This document shows, piece after piece, positions 18,453 to 28,411 of a stretch of DNA of 64,000 nt. The position numbers were made by a program, and so were the translations under genes. The stretch lies in assembly GCA_964483325.1 (NCBI GenBank), contig CAZAAW010000002.1, positions 88,226 through 152,225 on the forward strand, given 5' to 3'. Numbering within the stretch: the stretch's first letter is position 1; every line of letters begins with the position of its first letter. The notes below the pieces were generated by a model. The model ran no database searches and was not told the DNA's origin. It saw only the letters and a program-made list of their open reading frames with translations. The stretch comes from an uncultured Hyphomicrobiales bacterium (lineage in GTDB: Bacteria > Pseudomonadota > Alphaproteobacteria > Rhizobiales > Kaistiaceae).

Positions 18453-19666
18453 CGCGCGGCTCTGGCCTCGCCGCCCCATTCGCCGCCGATGCGGCGCAGC
18501 ACGTAGCTGGTGGCCGGCTTGCTGTCGAGCAGATCGGCGACAACGCGGCGCAGCGCGCGACTGTTGGGATCGGGCCGGCCGAGGGCCGATTGAGCGCGCG
18601 TCCAGTCGAGAATGGCGGCGCCGACAGGGCGGCGTTCGGCATCATAGAGATCGAGGCTGGCGGACGACGCCTCGCCGCGCAGCACGGGCGGCAGCAGGCG
18701 GCCGAGGGCGGCGGCATCGCCGAGGCCCTGATTGAGACCCTGGCCGCCGGCGGGTGAATGGATATGGGCGGCATCGCCGGCAAGCAGCAGCCGGCCCTTG
18801 CGGTAGGTCTCCACCTGGCGAGCGGCATCGGTGTAGCGCTGCGCGAAATGCAGGCGCCCGATGCGGAGCGGCCGGCCGACGACGCGGGTGAAGCTGTCGG
18901 CGATTTCGGCGAGGGAGACGGGGGCGGTGCGATCGACCGGCGGCGCGCCATATTCGACGATGTGCAGGCGCCCGATCGGAGCGTGCAGCCAGGTGCCGCA
19001 CGGCGTTTCGATCCAGTCGCCGACCGGTGGCGCATCGTCGTCGGCGAATTCGACAAAGGCGATGCGGCCGGTGAATTCGGCATCGGTGCCGGGAAATCCG
19101 ATCCCCGCAGCCTTGCGCAAAAGGCTGCGGCCGCCATCGCAGGCGATGAGCCAGCGGGCATGCTGCGGACCGGCGCTGGTCTGAACCTCGATGCCGGCAG
19201 CATCCTCGGCAAAGCCGGTGACGGAGGTGCCCATACGGATCTCGACGCCGGCGGCCGCCGCTGCTGCGTCAAGCGCGGCGATGATGTCGGCCATGGCCAC
19301 GGCGCCGCCACCGAAGCCCGGATCGCCCAGCGTGGCAGGGTCGAGATTGGCAGCCTTGAGACCGAGACCGGAAAAGTGGCCGATGAACCCCGCGATGATC
19401 GTGCTGCCGGTCGGCGCTTTGGCATCGGGATCAAACCACCACAGGGCGTGCGAGCGCATGGCCTCGAGCACGCCCAGCCGATGCAGCAGGCGAGCACTCG
19501 CCACGTTGATGGAACGGGCGCCGAGCGGACCGGCAGGCACGGCGAGGCGATCGGGCTGGGCCTCCAGCACCAGGACGGCAGAGCCGGCGCGAGCCAGCTC
19601 GAGCGCCAGAGCCAGTCCCACCGGGCCGCCACCGGCAATGATCACATCATGTTCGCGCATTGGCAT
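18449..19666 (-). CDS. FAD-dependent aromatic-ring-type monooxygenase
   Basis: Start at MPMREHDVIIAGGGPVGLALALEL (GxGxxG). It also has DGGRS and GDAAHIHSPAGGQGLNQGLGDA motifs. The 626-aa track ORF has an Arg-rich N-terminal extension over the TetR gene, which I rejected. Confidence 0.85.
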   Translation of the reverse strand: MPMREHDVIIAGGGPVGLALALELARAGSAVLVLEAQPDRLAVPAGPLGARSINVASARLLHRLGVLEAMRSHALWWFDPDAKAPTGSTIIAGFIGHFSGLGLKAANLDPATLGDPGFGGGAVAMADIIAALDAAAAAAGVEIRMGTSVTGFAEDAAGIEVQTSAGPQHARWLIACDGGRSLLRKAAGIGFPGTDAEFTGRIAFVEFADDDAPPVGDWIETPCGTWLHAPIGRLHIVEYGAPPVDRTAPVSLAEIADSFTRVVGRPLRIGRLHFAQRYTDAARQVETYRKGRLLLAGDAAHIHSPAGGQGLNQGLGDAAALGRLLPPVLRGEASSASLDLYDAERRPVGAAILDWTRAQSALGRPDPNSRALRRVVADLLDSKPATSYVLRRIGGEWGGEARAAR

Positions 19667-19675
19667 TACCCGATA

Positions 19676-19723
19676 ACGATGTTCGCAGTATTGTCGACAT
19701 AACAATTGTGTACGATGTTCGCA
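19676..19723. promoter_or_regulatory. candidate TetR operator in a divergent promoter region
   Basis: The 12-mer ACGATGTTCGCA occurs twice (19676-19687 and 19712-19723). The copies flank the palindromes GTCGAC and ACAATTGT, between the divergent monooxygenase and TetR genes. Confidence 0.4.
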
Positions 19724-19738
19724 ATAGGGGGGATACGC

Positions 19739-20461
19739 ATGGCGGCGCACAAGTCCGTGCCTTCGGTGATTTGGATGCGGCCGGCGCGCGGCAGCCGCGG
19801 GCCGGAACCGTCGCGCGACCGCGCTGCCATTGCCCGAGCCGCCATCGCCGTGGCGGATCGCGACGGCCTGGCGGCGGTGTCGATGCGCCGCGTCGCGGCG
19901 GAAATCGGCACAGGGGCAAGCGCGCTCTATCGCTATGTGGCGCGCAAGGACGATTTGCTGAACCTGATGGTCGACGGCGTTCTGGCGGCCGGCGAATTGG
20001 TGCCGTCCGGCGACTGGCGCGCCGATCTGCGACAGGTAGGGCACGCGTTGCGGGCGGTGTTCAAGGCGCATCCGTGGCTGGCGACGGCGCTGGCCGGGCG
20101 GCCGACGCTGGGACCGAACAGGCTCAAGGCACTGGAGGCGATGCTGGCGCTGCTCGCGCCGAGTGGGCTGGCGCTTGGCGAGCGGCTGTTGCTGATCGAC
20201 GTGCTGACGTCCTATGTGCGCGGCTTCGTCGCCTCCGAGCTGGCGGGCGAGGAGGCAATTCGCCAGTCGGGCCAGAGCCCGGCGCAATGGGTCGCCGACC
20301 AGGCAGCCTACACGGAGGCGATCCGGCAATCCGGCGCCTATCCGCTGGCGAGCGCGCTGTTAGACGAAGCGCAGCAGACGGGCGCCGCAGATCAGGACAT
20401 CGGCTTTGCGGCCGGGCTCGAGATCGTGCTCGACGGCATCGCCGTGCGGATGCCGGACTAG
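19739..20461 (+). CDS. TetR-family transcriptional regulator
   Basis: Start at MAAHK, with GGGGGGA upstream. HTH SMRRVAAEIGTGASALYRYVARKDDLL. TetR-type C-terminal domain. Confidence 0.85.
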   Translation: MAAHKSVPSVIWMRPARGSRGPEPSRDRAAIARAAIAVADRDGLAAVSMRRVAAEIGTGASALYRYVARKDDLLNLMVDGVLAAGELVPSGDWRADLRQVGHALRAVFKAHPWLATALAGRPTLGPNRLKALEAMLALLAPSGLALGERLLLIDVLTSYVRGFVASELAGEEAIRQSGQSPAQWVADQAAYTEAIRQSGAYPLASALLDEAQQTGAADQDIGFAAGLEIVLDGIAVRMPD

Positions 20462-21357
20462 CCCTTGCGGCGGCGCAGCTGCCGTGTCTTCGTGCCGATG
20501 ACGCGCGACGGATCGGTGTCCGGCGGCACCTGCCGGACGATCCTGGCGGGGACGAGGATGTCGATGCCGGCGGCCTCCAGCTGGCGCCGCGTTGTCTCGA
20601 TCAGGGTGCGCTGGATATCGGCGAATTCGGTGAAATTCGCCCACAGGCGCAGGATCATGACGATGGTGTCGTCGGCATAGGAATCGACGAAGGCGAGCGG
20701 CGCCGGCTGCTTCTGGATGCGCCCGTCGCCGGCCGCCATGTCCTCCAGGATCTGGCGCGCCCGGCCCGTGTCGGCATTGCCCGGCAGGGTGATGGCGAGC
20801 GTCAGAAGCCGGCTCGGATTGCGGCTGTGGTTGCGCAGCGCGTAGTTCCAGATCGTCGAGTTGGGCGCCATGATGAAGATGCCGTCATAGGTCTCCAGCT
20901 GGCAGACGAAGAGGCCGATCTCGCGCACGCGGCCGGCCATGTTGTTGACCTCGATGAAGTCGCCGACCCGGAACGGCCGCAGCCACAGCAGCATCAGCCC
21001 GGCGGCGATGTTGGTCAGCGTGCCCTGCAGCGCCAGGCCGATGGCAAGCCCCGCGGCGCCGAGAATGGCCAGCAGCGATGAGGTTGCGACGCCGAGCCGG
21101 TCGAGGGCGAGGATGACGACGAAGACGAGGATGCCGTAGCGGACGATCGCCGCGGCGACCGGCGTCACGGTCTCGTCCACCCGGCCGCTGCTGTTGATCA
21201 GCAGGGCGACGCCGCGGCCGGCCCAGCGCGCCGCGAAGGACCCGGCAATGACGATCAGGACGGCGCCGAGCAGGCGCGGCAGGAAGGCGACCGCCCAGGC
21301 CCAGAGCATGGCGGCGACGGCGTTCAGTTCCTGCGGTGTGTTGGGGATGGCATCCAT
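20458..21357 (-). CDS. MscS-family mechanosensitive channel
   Basis: Start at MDAIPNT. Pore helix region GAAGLAIGLALQGTLTNIAAGLMLL followed by RPFRVGDFIEV. Confidence 0.85.
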   Translation of the reverse strand: MDAIPNTPQELNAVAAMLWAWAVAFLPRLLGAVLIVIAGSFAARWAGRGVALLINSSGRVDETVTPVAAAIVRYGILVFVVILALDRLGVATSSLLAILGAAGLAIGLALQGTLTNIAAGLMLLWLRPFRVGDFIEVNNMAGRVREIGLFVCQLETYDGIFIMAPNSTIWNYALRNHSRNPSRLLTLAITLPGNADTGRARQILEDMAAGDGRIQKQPAPLAFVDSYADDTIVMILRLWANFTEFADIQRTLIETTRRQLEAAGIDILVPARIVRQVPPDTDPSRVIGTKTRQLRRRKG

Positions 21358-21539
21358 GGATGGCGCTCGCGGGGATCGGCCGCGCCAGTCTCGCCGCAGC
21401 GGCATGGCGGTCAAGCGTGGTGCGGCCGCAATTGTAATTGCGCCCGACAGGGGCCATTTTTGCGGCACTTCATCCGGCCCTGGCCGGCAAACCCGTTCCA
21501 CGCCTCGACAAGGCCGCCTGGACAAGAAGCAGGATCGTC

Positions 21540-22457
21540 ATGAGCGACGCTACGACTGGCCTCAGCGCGACGCAGCCGGCCGGCAGCCCCGGACCGCTGG
21601 TGCGCGACACGACAACCCAGACCTTCGCCCGCGACGTGCTGGAGGAATCGCGGGCGCAGCCCGTTCTGGTCGATTTCTGGGCGCCGTGGTGCGGTCCCTG
21701 CCGCGCCCTGTCGCCGATCATCGAGAAGGCCGTCACCGAGGCGCGCGGCGCCGTGAAGCTGGTCAAGATGAACATCGACGACCACCCGGCCATCGCCAAC
21801 CAGCTCGGCATCCAGTCGATCCCCGCCGTCATCGCCTTCTCCAACGGCAAGGTGGTGGACGGCTTCATCGGCGCGTTGCAGGAAAGCCAGGTCAAGGCGT
21901 TCATCGAGCGCGTCGGCGGCCCGGTGCCGGACGGCATCGGCGACCTTCTCGAGGAGGCCGACAGGCGCCTTGCCGCCGGCGAGCTTGAGGGGGCGGCGGA
22001 GCTCTACAATGCCCTCCTGGCCGCCGAGCCGGAGAATGTCGCCGGCATCGCCGGCCTGGCGCGCACGGCGATCGCCAGTGGTGATCTCGAAAGCGCCCGC
22101 CAGGCGCTCGACGCCATTCCACCGGCCAAGGCCAGGGAAGCGGTCGTCGCGGCGGCGCGGGCCGAGCTGTCGGTCGCCGAGCAGACGGCGTCGCTCGGCG
22201 AGGGCGGCGACCTTGAAGCCCGCATCGCCGCCAATCCGCGCGACCATCAGGCGCGTTTCGACCTGGCGCTGCTGCGCAATGCCGCCGGCGACCGCGAGGG
22301 CGCTGCCGATCTCCTCCTTGAAATCGTCCGGACGGACCGCAATTGGGAGGATGACAAGGCGCGCAAGCAGCTGGTGGAGTTCTTCGACGTCTGGGGCCCG
22401 AAGGACGAAGCGACGCTGTCCGGCCGCCGCCGCCTGTCGTCGCTGCTGTTTTCGTAA
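21540..22457 (+). CDS. thioredoxin-domain protein with a TPR-like C-terminal domain (YbbN/CnoX architecture, WCGPC intact)
   Basis: VLVDFWAPWCGPCRAL active site. The C-terminal helical repeat region ends KQLVEFFDVWG. Confidence 0.85.
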   Translation: MSDATTGLSATQPAGSPGPLVRDTTTQTFARDVLEESRAQPVLVDFWAPWCGPCRALSPIIEKAVTEARGAVKLVKMNIDDHPAIANQLGIQSIPAVIAFSNGKVVDGFIGALQESQVKAFIERVGGPVPDGIGDLLEEADRRLAAGELEGAAELYNALLAAEPENVAGIAGLARTAIASGDLESARQALDAIPPAKAREAVVAAARAELSVAEQTASLGEGGDLEARIAANPRDHQARFDLALLRNAAGDREGAADLLLEIVRTDRNWEDDKARKQLVEFFDVWGPKDEATLSGRRRLSSLLFS

Positions 22458-22468
22458 GGACGCCGTCC

Positions 22469-23140
22469 ATGAAGGCGGGCAACCGCAACTACCGTGGCCC
22501 GGAAGATCTGCCGGACGCCATTCCCGTGTTTCCGCTGTCGGGTGCCCTGCTGCTGCCGCGCGGCCAGATGCCGCTCAATATCTTCGAGCCGCGCTATCTC
22601 GCCATGGTCGATGCGGCGCTCGCCGGCGACCGCATCATCGGCATGATCCAGCCGCTCGCCGAGGCGAACGGCGCCGGCACGCCGGACCTGCAGGCAGTCG
22701 GCTGCGCCGGCCGCATCACCTCGTTCAGCGAGACCGGTGACGGCCGCTACGCCATCACGCTCACCGGCATTGCCCGCTTCCGTCTCCTGGAGGAGCTGCC
22801 GCCGGAGGACGAGGTGCCCTATCGCAGCTTCCGCATTACCTCGGGACCCTTCGCGCCGGATTTCTTCAATGCCGGCGAGAACGAGGTCGACCGCGAGACG
22901 CTGCTGGGCGCCTTCCGCGCCTATCTCGACGCCCACAACCTGGAGGCGGACTGGGAGAGCGTCGACAATGCCTCCAACGAGGCGCTGGTGAACGCCATCG
23001 CCATGATCAGTCCTTACGGGCCGGCGGAGAAACAGGCGCTTCTGGAGGCGCCCGACCTCAAGACGCGCGCCGAGACGCTGGTGGCCCTCACCGAGGTGAC
23101 GCTGGCGCGCGAGGCGAATGCCAACCGGACGCTGCAATAG
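22469..23140 (+). CDS. LON substrate-binding (Lon N-terminal) domain protein
   Basis: [30 protein letters not shown] is the typical LonN start. Confidence 0.85.
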   Translation: MKAGNRNYRGPEDLPDAIPVFPLSGALLLPRGQMPLNIFEPRYLAMVDAALAGDRIIGMIQPLAEANGAGTPDLQAVGCAGRITSFSETGDGRYAITLTGIARFRLLEELPPEDEVPYRSFRITSGPFAPDFFNAGENEVDRETLLGAFRAYLDAHNLEADWESVDNASNEALVNAIAMISPYGPAEKQALLEAPDLKTRAETLVALTEVTLAREANANRTLQ

Positions 23141-23141
23141 A

Positions 23142-23339
23142 ATGAGCGATACCCCCCGGGCCGCCGGCCAGATCGATCCGAAGCTCCTGGAGATCCTGGT
23201 CTGTCCGCTGACCAAGACGACGCTGACCTACGACGCGGAGCGGCAGGAGCTTGTCAGCCGCGCGGCGCGCCTCGCCTATCCGATCCGCGATGGCATTCCG
23301 ATCATGCTGCCCGACGAGGCGCGCGTCCTGGAGGACTGA
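23142..23339 (+). CDS. Trm112/UPF0434-family small protein
   Basis: [14 protein letters not shown] ... [16 protein letters not shown]. Confidence 0.8.
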   Translation: MSDTPRAAGQIDPKLLEILVCPLTKTTLTYDAERQELVSRAARLAYPIRDGIPIMLPDEARVLED

Positions 23340-23341
23340 GG

Positions 23342-23677
23342 TCAGCCGTTCCGTCCGGAGAGCAGCGTCTTCGGCGCCCGGCGCCGCCAGGCGAGCGTGA
23401 GGGCGCTGCGCACTGTGGCGGCGTCCGCTGCCTCTAGGCTTATGTTTGTGGAGCCTTTTCTGCCCCAGCCGCCGGGCACCGGCGCGAAGATCGCCGGCTC
23501 CGCCGTCACCAGCATCTCCTGCTCGTCCGGCGTCAGCAGCGCCACGCCGCGGTTCTCGTCCGGCCACAGCGTGGCGAAGATGCGGCCGCCGACGCGGAAG
23601 TCCGGATGGCCCATATGGGCGCTCTCGCTGGCGCCCGGCAGCGCCAGGGCGATGGCGCGATAGTCGTCCGGCGTCAC
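23342..23677 (-). CDS. MmcQ/YjbR-family protein
   Basis: 111 aa. The ALPGASESAHMGHPDFRVGGRIFATL pattern fits the family. Its start overlaps the ubiH-like stop by 4 nt. Confidence 0.7.
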   Translation of the reverse strand: MTPDDYRAIALALPGASESAHMGHPDFRVGGRIFATLWPDENRGVALLTPDEQEMLVTAEPAIFAPVPGGWGRKGSTNISLEAADAATVRSALTLAWRRRAPKTLLSGRNG

Positions 23678-24909
23678 AGCGTCTCGCCGCGCAGAAGCCG
23701 CGGCGTATCCCCGGCAAGGCCCGCCGCCTCGCGGATGAACCGGCGCTTCAGGCCGGGCAAGCGGTCGACCAGCCCGAGGCCGACGTCGCGGACGGCGCGC
23801 AGCAGTGGATTGTCGTTGGAGAAAAGCCGGTTGAGGCCGTCGGTGACGACGCTCATTTCCAGCGTGTCGAAGCGCCGCCAGCGCTCATAGCGCTGCAGCA
23901 CCGGCAGGCTGCCGATGTCGAGCCCCAGCCGGGCCGCCTCGACGATCGTCTCGGCGAGCGCCGCGGCGTCGCGCAGGCCGAGATTGAGCCCCTGACCGGC
24001 GAGCGGGTGAATGCCATGGGCGGCGTCGCCGAGAAGGGCGAAGCGCGGCCGCACGAAATCCCGCGCCAGGGTCAGCGACAGCGGATAGCTATGGCGACCG
24101 CCAATGGCATGGAGACGGCCGAGATGGCGGCCGAAGCGCCGCGCCAGCTCGGCATCGAAGGTCGCGTCGTCGGCCTCCATCAGCGCCGCGGCGGTCTCGG
24201 CGCGTTCCGTCCACACCAGCGACGACCGGTCCTGTGCCCCGTCGGGGCCGCGCAGCGGCAGGATGGCGAACGGCCCGGCCGGCAGGAAATGCTCCTCGGC
24301 GCGCCCGCCATGCGGCCGCTCATGCGTCACGGTGGTGACGAGGCCGACCTGGCCGTAGCTGTGCTTCAGCGTGCGGATGCCGGCAAGATCGCGCAGGCGC
24401 GAGCGGACGCCGTCGGCGGCGACGAGCAGCCGGGCCGTCGCCGTTCCGTCCTTCAGCGTCACCCGCATCGCCTCGCCCTGGTCGGCGAAGGAGAGAACCG
24501 CATTGCCGGTGATGAAGCGGACGCCGGCGGCCTCGGCAGCGCCGGCCAGCGCAGCCGTCAGGGCGTTGTTGGGCACCATCTGGGCGAAGGGTTCGCCGCT
24601 GGCGACGGCGCCGTCGAAGGTCAGGAACAGCGGCCGCACGGCATCGCCGGTGCGGCTGTCGGTGACGATCATGTCGACGATCGGCTGGGCGACGCCGGCA
24701 AGCTCGTCCCAGACACCGAGCTGCTCCAGCATCCGCCGCGCCGCCGCGGCGATGGCCGAAGCGCGCCCGTCACTACGGCCACCGCCCGGGACGCCGGCGT
24801 CGACCACCGTGACGGCGAGGTCGGGCACCGAGCGGCGGAGGGCGAGGGCCAGCGTCAGGCCGGCGCCACCGCCGCCGGCGATCAGGATATCGGTGCGATG
24901 CTCGGCCAT
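23674..24909 (-). CDS. UbiH/UbiF/VisC/COQ6-family ubiquinone-biosynthesis hydroxylase
   Basis: DILIAGGGGAGLTLALAL, ADGVRS and GDAAHGIHPLAGQGLNLGLRDA motifs; 411 aa. Confidence 0.9.
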   Translation of the reverse strand: MAEHRTDILIAGGGGAGLTLALALRRSVPDLAVTVVDAGVPGGGRSDGRASAIAAAARRMLEQLGVWDELAGVAQPIVDMIVTDSRTGDAVRPLFLTFDGAVASGEPFAQMVPNNALTAALAGAAEAAGVRFITGNAVLSFADQGEAMRVTLKDGTATARLLVAADGVRSRLRDLAGIRTLKHSYGQVGLVTTVTHERPHGGRAEEHFLPAGPFAILPLRGPDGAQDRSSLVWTERAETAAALMEADDATFDAELARRFGRHLGRLHAIGGRHSYPLSLTLARDFVRPRFALLGDAAHGIHPLAGQGLNLGLRDAAALAETIVEAARLGLDIGSLPVLQRYERWRRFDTLEMSVVTDGLNRLFSNDNPLLRAVRDVGLGLVDRLPGLKRRFIREAAGLAGDTPRLLRGETL

Positions 24910-25009
24910 TTGCCCTGTCCTTTATGCCGACACATAGTCCGCCCCGGCCCGGACTGGAAGCCGTCGACCCGGTGCCGCGTCAGCGTGACGGCAAAGGGGC
25001 GGGTCCGCG

Positions 25010-25867
25010 ATGCCGACCGAAATCGACAACCTTCTTGCCATCCTCGATCTGGAGCAGCTGGAGGTGAACCTCTTTCGCGGCAACAGCCACAGCCCCGGCT
25101 GGCAACGCGTCTTCGGCGGCCAGGTGATCTGCCAGGCGCTGGTCGCGGCGACCCGCACCGTCGACGGGCGCGGCGCGCATTCGCTTCATGCCTATTTTCT
25201 GCGTCCCGGCAATCCGGCCGTCCCCATCGTCTACGAGGTCGACCGCATCCGCGACGGCAAGAGCTTCACCACCCGGCGCGTCGTGGCGATCCAGCAGGGC
25301 GAGGCGATCTTCTCCATGTCGGCCTCGTTCCAGGTCGAGGAAGGCGGCTTCGAGCACCAGGCGCCGATGCCGGACGTGCCGCCGCCGGAAGAGCTGATGA
25401 GCGAGACGGATCTCATGCAGCAGTTCATGGCGGTCGCACCGGAGCCGATCCGGCGCTACTGGCAGCGCGAACGGCCGATCGAGATGCGCCCGGTGTCGCT
25501 GCAGCGCTATGTCGGCCGGCGCGGCCTGCCGCCGGTGCAGAATGTCTGGGTGCGGACCAAGGGGCCGCTGCCCGACGACATGGACGTGCATCGCTGCGTC
25601 CTCGCCTATGCCTCCGACCTGCTGCTGGTCGATACATCGCTGATGCCGCATGGCCGGCACGTCTTCGATCCGGACATGCAGGTGGCGAGCCTCGACCATG
25701 CCATGTGGTTCCACCAGCCGTTCCGCGCCGACGACTGGCTGCTCTATGCGCTCGACAGCCCCGCGGCCGCTGGCGGCCGCGGCTTCAACCGTGGCAGCCT
25801 TTTCACCCGCGACGGCCGGCTCGTCGCCTCGGTCGCTCAGGAAGGGCTGATCCGGCACCGACCCTAG
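25010..25867 (+). CDS. tesB: acyl-CoA thioesterase II
   Basis: LLAILDLEQLEVNLFRG ... RVFGGQVICQAL ... HSLHAYFLRPG, a double hot-dog TesB pattern. Confidence 0.9.
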   Translation: MPTEIDNLLAILDLEQLEVNLFRGNSHSPGWQRVFGGQVICQALVAATRTVDGRGAHSLHAYFLRPGNPAVPIVYEVDRIRDGKSFTTRRVVAIQQGEAIFSMSASFQVEEGGFEHQAPMPDVPPPEELMSETDLMQQFMAVAPEPIRRYWQRERPIEMRPVSLQRYVGRRGLPPVQNVWVRTKGPLPDDMDVHRCVLAYASDLLLVDTSLMPHGRHVFDPDMQVASLDHAMWFHQPFRADDWLLYALDSPAAAGGRGFNRGSLFTRDGRLVASVAQEGLIRHRP

Positions 25868-26005
25868 CCGCCGCCGATGTGGCCGCCTATGGTGAGGTCA
25901 GCCGCTGTGCGGCCACCGCCTTCTCGATAGGCATCCGCCTCCTTTGTCATCACGCCGATGGCGGAATGCCCTGTCGCGACGGCGTTGCCCGGCATGCGGC
26001 CAGCT

Positions 26006-26428
<423 letters not shown>

Positions 26429-26749
26429 GCGCCTACCCCGGAGGGCGCCGGCCTTGCCTGACGGATAGGCCGGCGAAAACCTCCTGAAAGCCGCTGCAGT
26501 GGCGGCCACGCCCATCATTATCGTCGCTCCACCTGCGCCAGCGGTCGCCGTTGCGGCGGCAGGCCCTCGCCCCGTGCCCGGCGCCTCGTGCCTGCGGCGG
26601 CACGCGCCTCCATCCCCTCCAAACCGTCTCCCCTCGCCGCCGACGCCCCCGCCGGCGGCGCTGGTCTGTCTGCCTAATTTCCAGGCAATGCTCGCGACGG
26701 CCGCCCGCGCCCTGCGGATCGGCGCCCCGGAAACTCGCCGCCGGCCGGC

Positions 26750-26765
26750 TGGCACATGCCTTGCT
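26750..26765 (+). promoter_or_regulatory. sigma-54 promoter upstream of amtB
   Basis: TGGCAC-atgcc-TTGCT is an exact match to the TGGCAC-N5-TTGCW consensus. It lies about 70 nt upstream of the amtB ATG. Confidence 0.65.
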
Positions 26766-26833
26766 TCGGCCCTTCCGCAGAGACGGGCGATGCTGCCGTT
26801 TTTTCGTGCATGTCGGAGCGAGGATAAGAAACC

Positions 26834-28141
26834 ATGGTTCGAATGACACTGAGGCCGGTCCTGCTGGCGGCTGGATTATTGTTCACAGCCGCCGGCGTAG
26901 CGGTCGCACAGGACACGCCGACGCCGACGCTCGACACCGGCAACACTGCCTGGATGCTGACGGCGACGGCGCTGGTCCTGATGATGACCATCCCCGGCCT
27001 GGCGCTCTTCTATGGCGGCATGGTGCGCAAGAAGAACGTCCTCGCCACCGTCATGCAGAGCTTCGCCGTCACCTGCCTGATCACCATCATCTGGATGGTG
27101 GCCGGCTACTCCCTGGCCTTCACCGACGGCGGCTCGCTGCAGGCCTATGTCGGCGGCCTCGGCAAGGCCTTCTTCGGCGGCGTCGGCGTCGATGCGCTCT
27201 CCGGCTCGATCCCCGAGACGGTCTTCGCCACCTTCCAGATGACCTTCGCCATCATCACCCCGGCGCTGATCTGCGGCGCTTTCGCCGACCGCATGAAGTT
27301 CTCGGCGCTGCTGTGGTTCATCGGCCTGTGGAGCCTCATCGTCTACAGCCCGATCGCCCATTGGGTATGGGGCGGCGGCTTCCTTTCCGAGCTCGGCGTC
27401 CTCGACTTTGCCGGCGGCACCGTCGTCCATATCAATGCCGGCGTCGCCGGGCTCGTTGCCGCCATCGTTCTCGGCAAGCGCATCGGCTACCGCCAGGACA
27501 ACCTTGCCCCGCATAACCTGACGCTGTCGGTGATCGGCGCGTCGCTGCTGTGGGTGGGCTGGTTCGGCTTCAATGCCGGTTCCGAGCTCGGCGCCGACGG
27601 CCGGGCGGGCATGGCCATGCTGGTCACCCAGATCGCCACGGCCGGCGCGGCGCTCGGCTGGATGTTCGCCGAGTGGGTCGTCAACCGGAAGCCGGGCGTC
27701 CTGGGCGTCATCTCCGGCGCTGTGGCGGGCCTCGTCGCCATCACCCCGGCCTCCGGCTATGTCGATCCGGCCGGCGCGCTGGTTATCGGTGTCGTCGCCG
27801 GCGTCATCTGCATGTGGTCGGTCGCCTGGCTGAAGCCGCGCCTCGGCTATGACGACTCGCTCGATGCCTTCGGCGTCCACGGCGTCGGCGGCTTCGTCGG
27901 TGCCATCCTGACCGGCGTCTTTGCCCGCGCCGCCATCACCGGCGGTCCGGCCGGCCTGCTCGACGGCAATCCCGGCCAGATCTGGACGCAGTTCCTGGGC
28001 ACCGTCGCGACGATCGTCTGGTGCGCGCTGGCCACCTTCGTGATCCTCAAGGTGATCGACGTGATCATCGGACTGCGCGTCTCCAAGGAAACCGAGGTCG
28101 AGGGCCTCGACATCAACCTGCACGGCGAAGTCGTCCAGTAG
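26834..28141 (+). CDS. amtB: ammonium transporter
   Basis: 435 aa with a signal peptide. Amt signatures are present (DFAGGTVVHINAGVAGL, DDSLDAFGVHGVGG). Confidence 0.95.
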   Translation: MVRMTLRPVLLAAGLLFTAAGVAVAQDTPTPTLDTGNTAWMLTATALVLMMTIPGLALFYGGMVRKKNVLATVMQSFAVTCLITIIWMVAGYSLAFTDGGSLQAYVGGLGKAFFGGVGVDALSGSIPETVFATFQMTFAIITPALICGAFADRMKFSALLWFIGLWSLIVYSPIAHWVWGGGFLSELGVLDFAGGTVVHINAGVAGLVAAIVLGKRIGYRQDNLAPHNLTLSVIGASLLWVGWFGFNAGSELGADGRAGMAMLVTQIATAGAALGWMFAEWVVNRKPGVLGVISGAVAGLVAITPASGYVDPAGALVIGVVAGVICMWSVAWLKPRLGYDDSLDAFGVHGVGGFVGAILTGVFARAAITGGPAGLLDGNPGQIWTQFLGTVATIVWCALATFVILKVIDVIIGLRVSKETEVEGLDINLHGEVVQ

Positions 28142-28161
28142 ACGGCCGCCCGTCCGATCTT

Positions 28162-28198
28162 AAAACGCCCCGGCCGATAGCCTCGGCCGGGGCGTTTT
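28162..28198 (+). terminator. intrinsic terminator after amtB
   Basis: CGCCCCGGCCGA / TCGGCCGGGGCG 12-bp GC stem flanked by AAAA and TTTT. Confidence 0.85.
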
Positions 28199-28411
28199 CC
28201 TGCCGCCGGGCCTTGGTTAATGCCGGCTTTACCAAAGCCGCGTAGCGTCGGCCGCAACGTTCCGTGAAAGCGAACCTTGCAAGGACCGACTGATGACCGG
28301 CGTGCCGGCTAAGCCTCTTTCTGCCTGCCGATTCCTGATTTTCTTCCGCCCGGCTGTCGCCATACCGGCCTGTCAGGCTGGCGCCGCCTTGGCGAGGGAA
28401 GGAGCGGGATC

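Noticed and set aside
19667-20329. N-terminal extension of track ORF 18449-20329 (626 aa)
   Set aside because: The extension runs antisense through the TetR gene and is Arg-rich. The monooxygenase GxGxxG fold begins right after the Met at 19666/19660.
26499-26846. 115-aa ORF in the glnK-amtB spacer
   Set aside because: It is a Pro/Ala/Arg-rich translation with no RBS, and it overlaps the sigma-54 promoter and the amtB start. I treat the region as non-coding.
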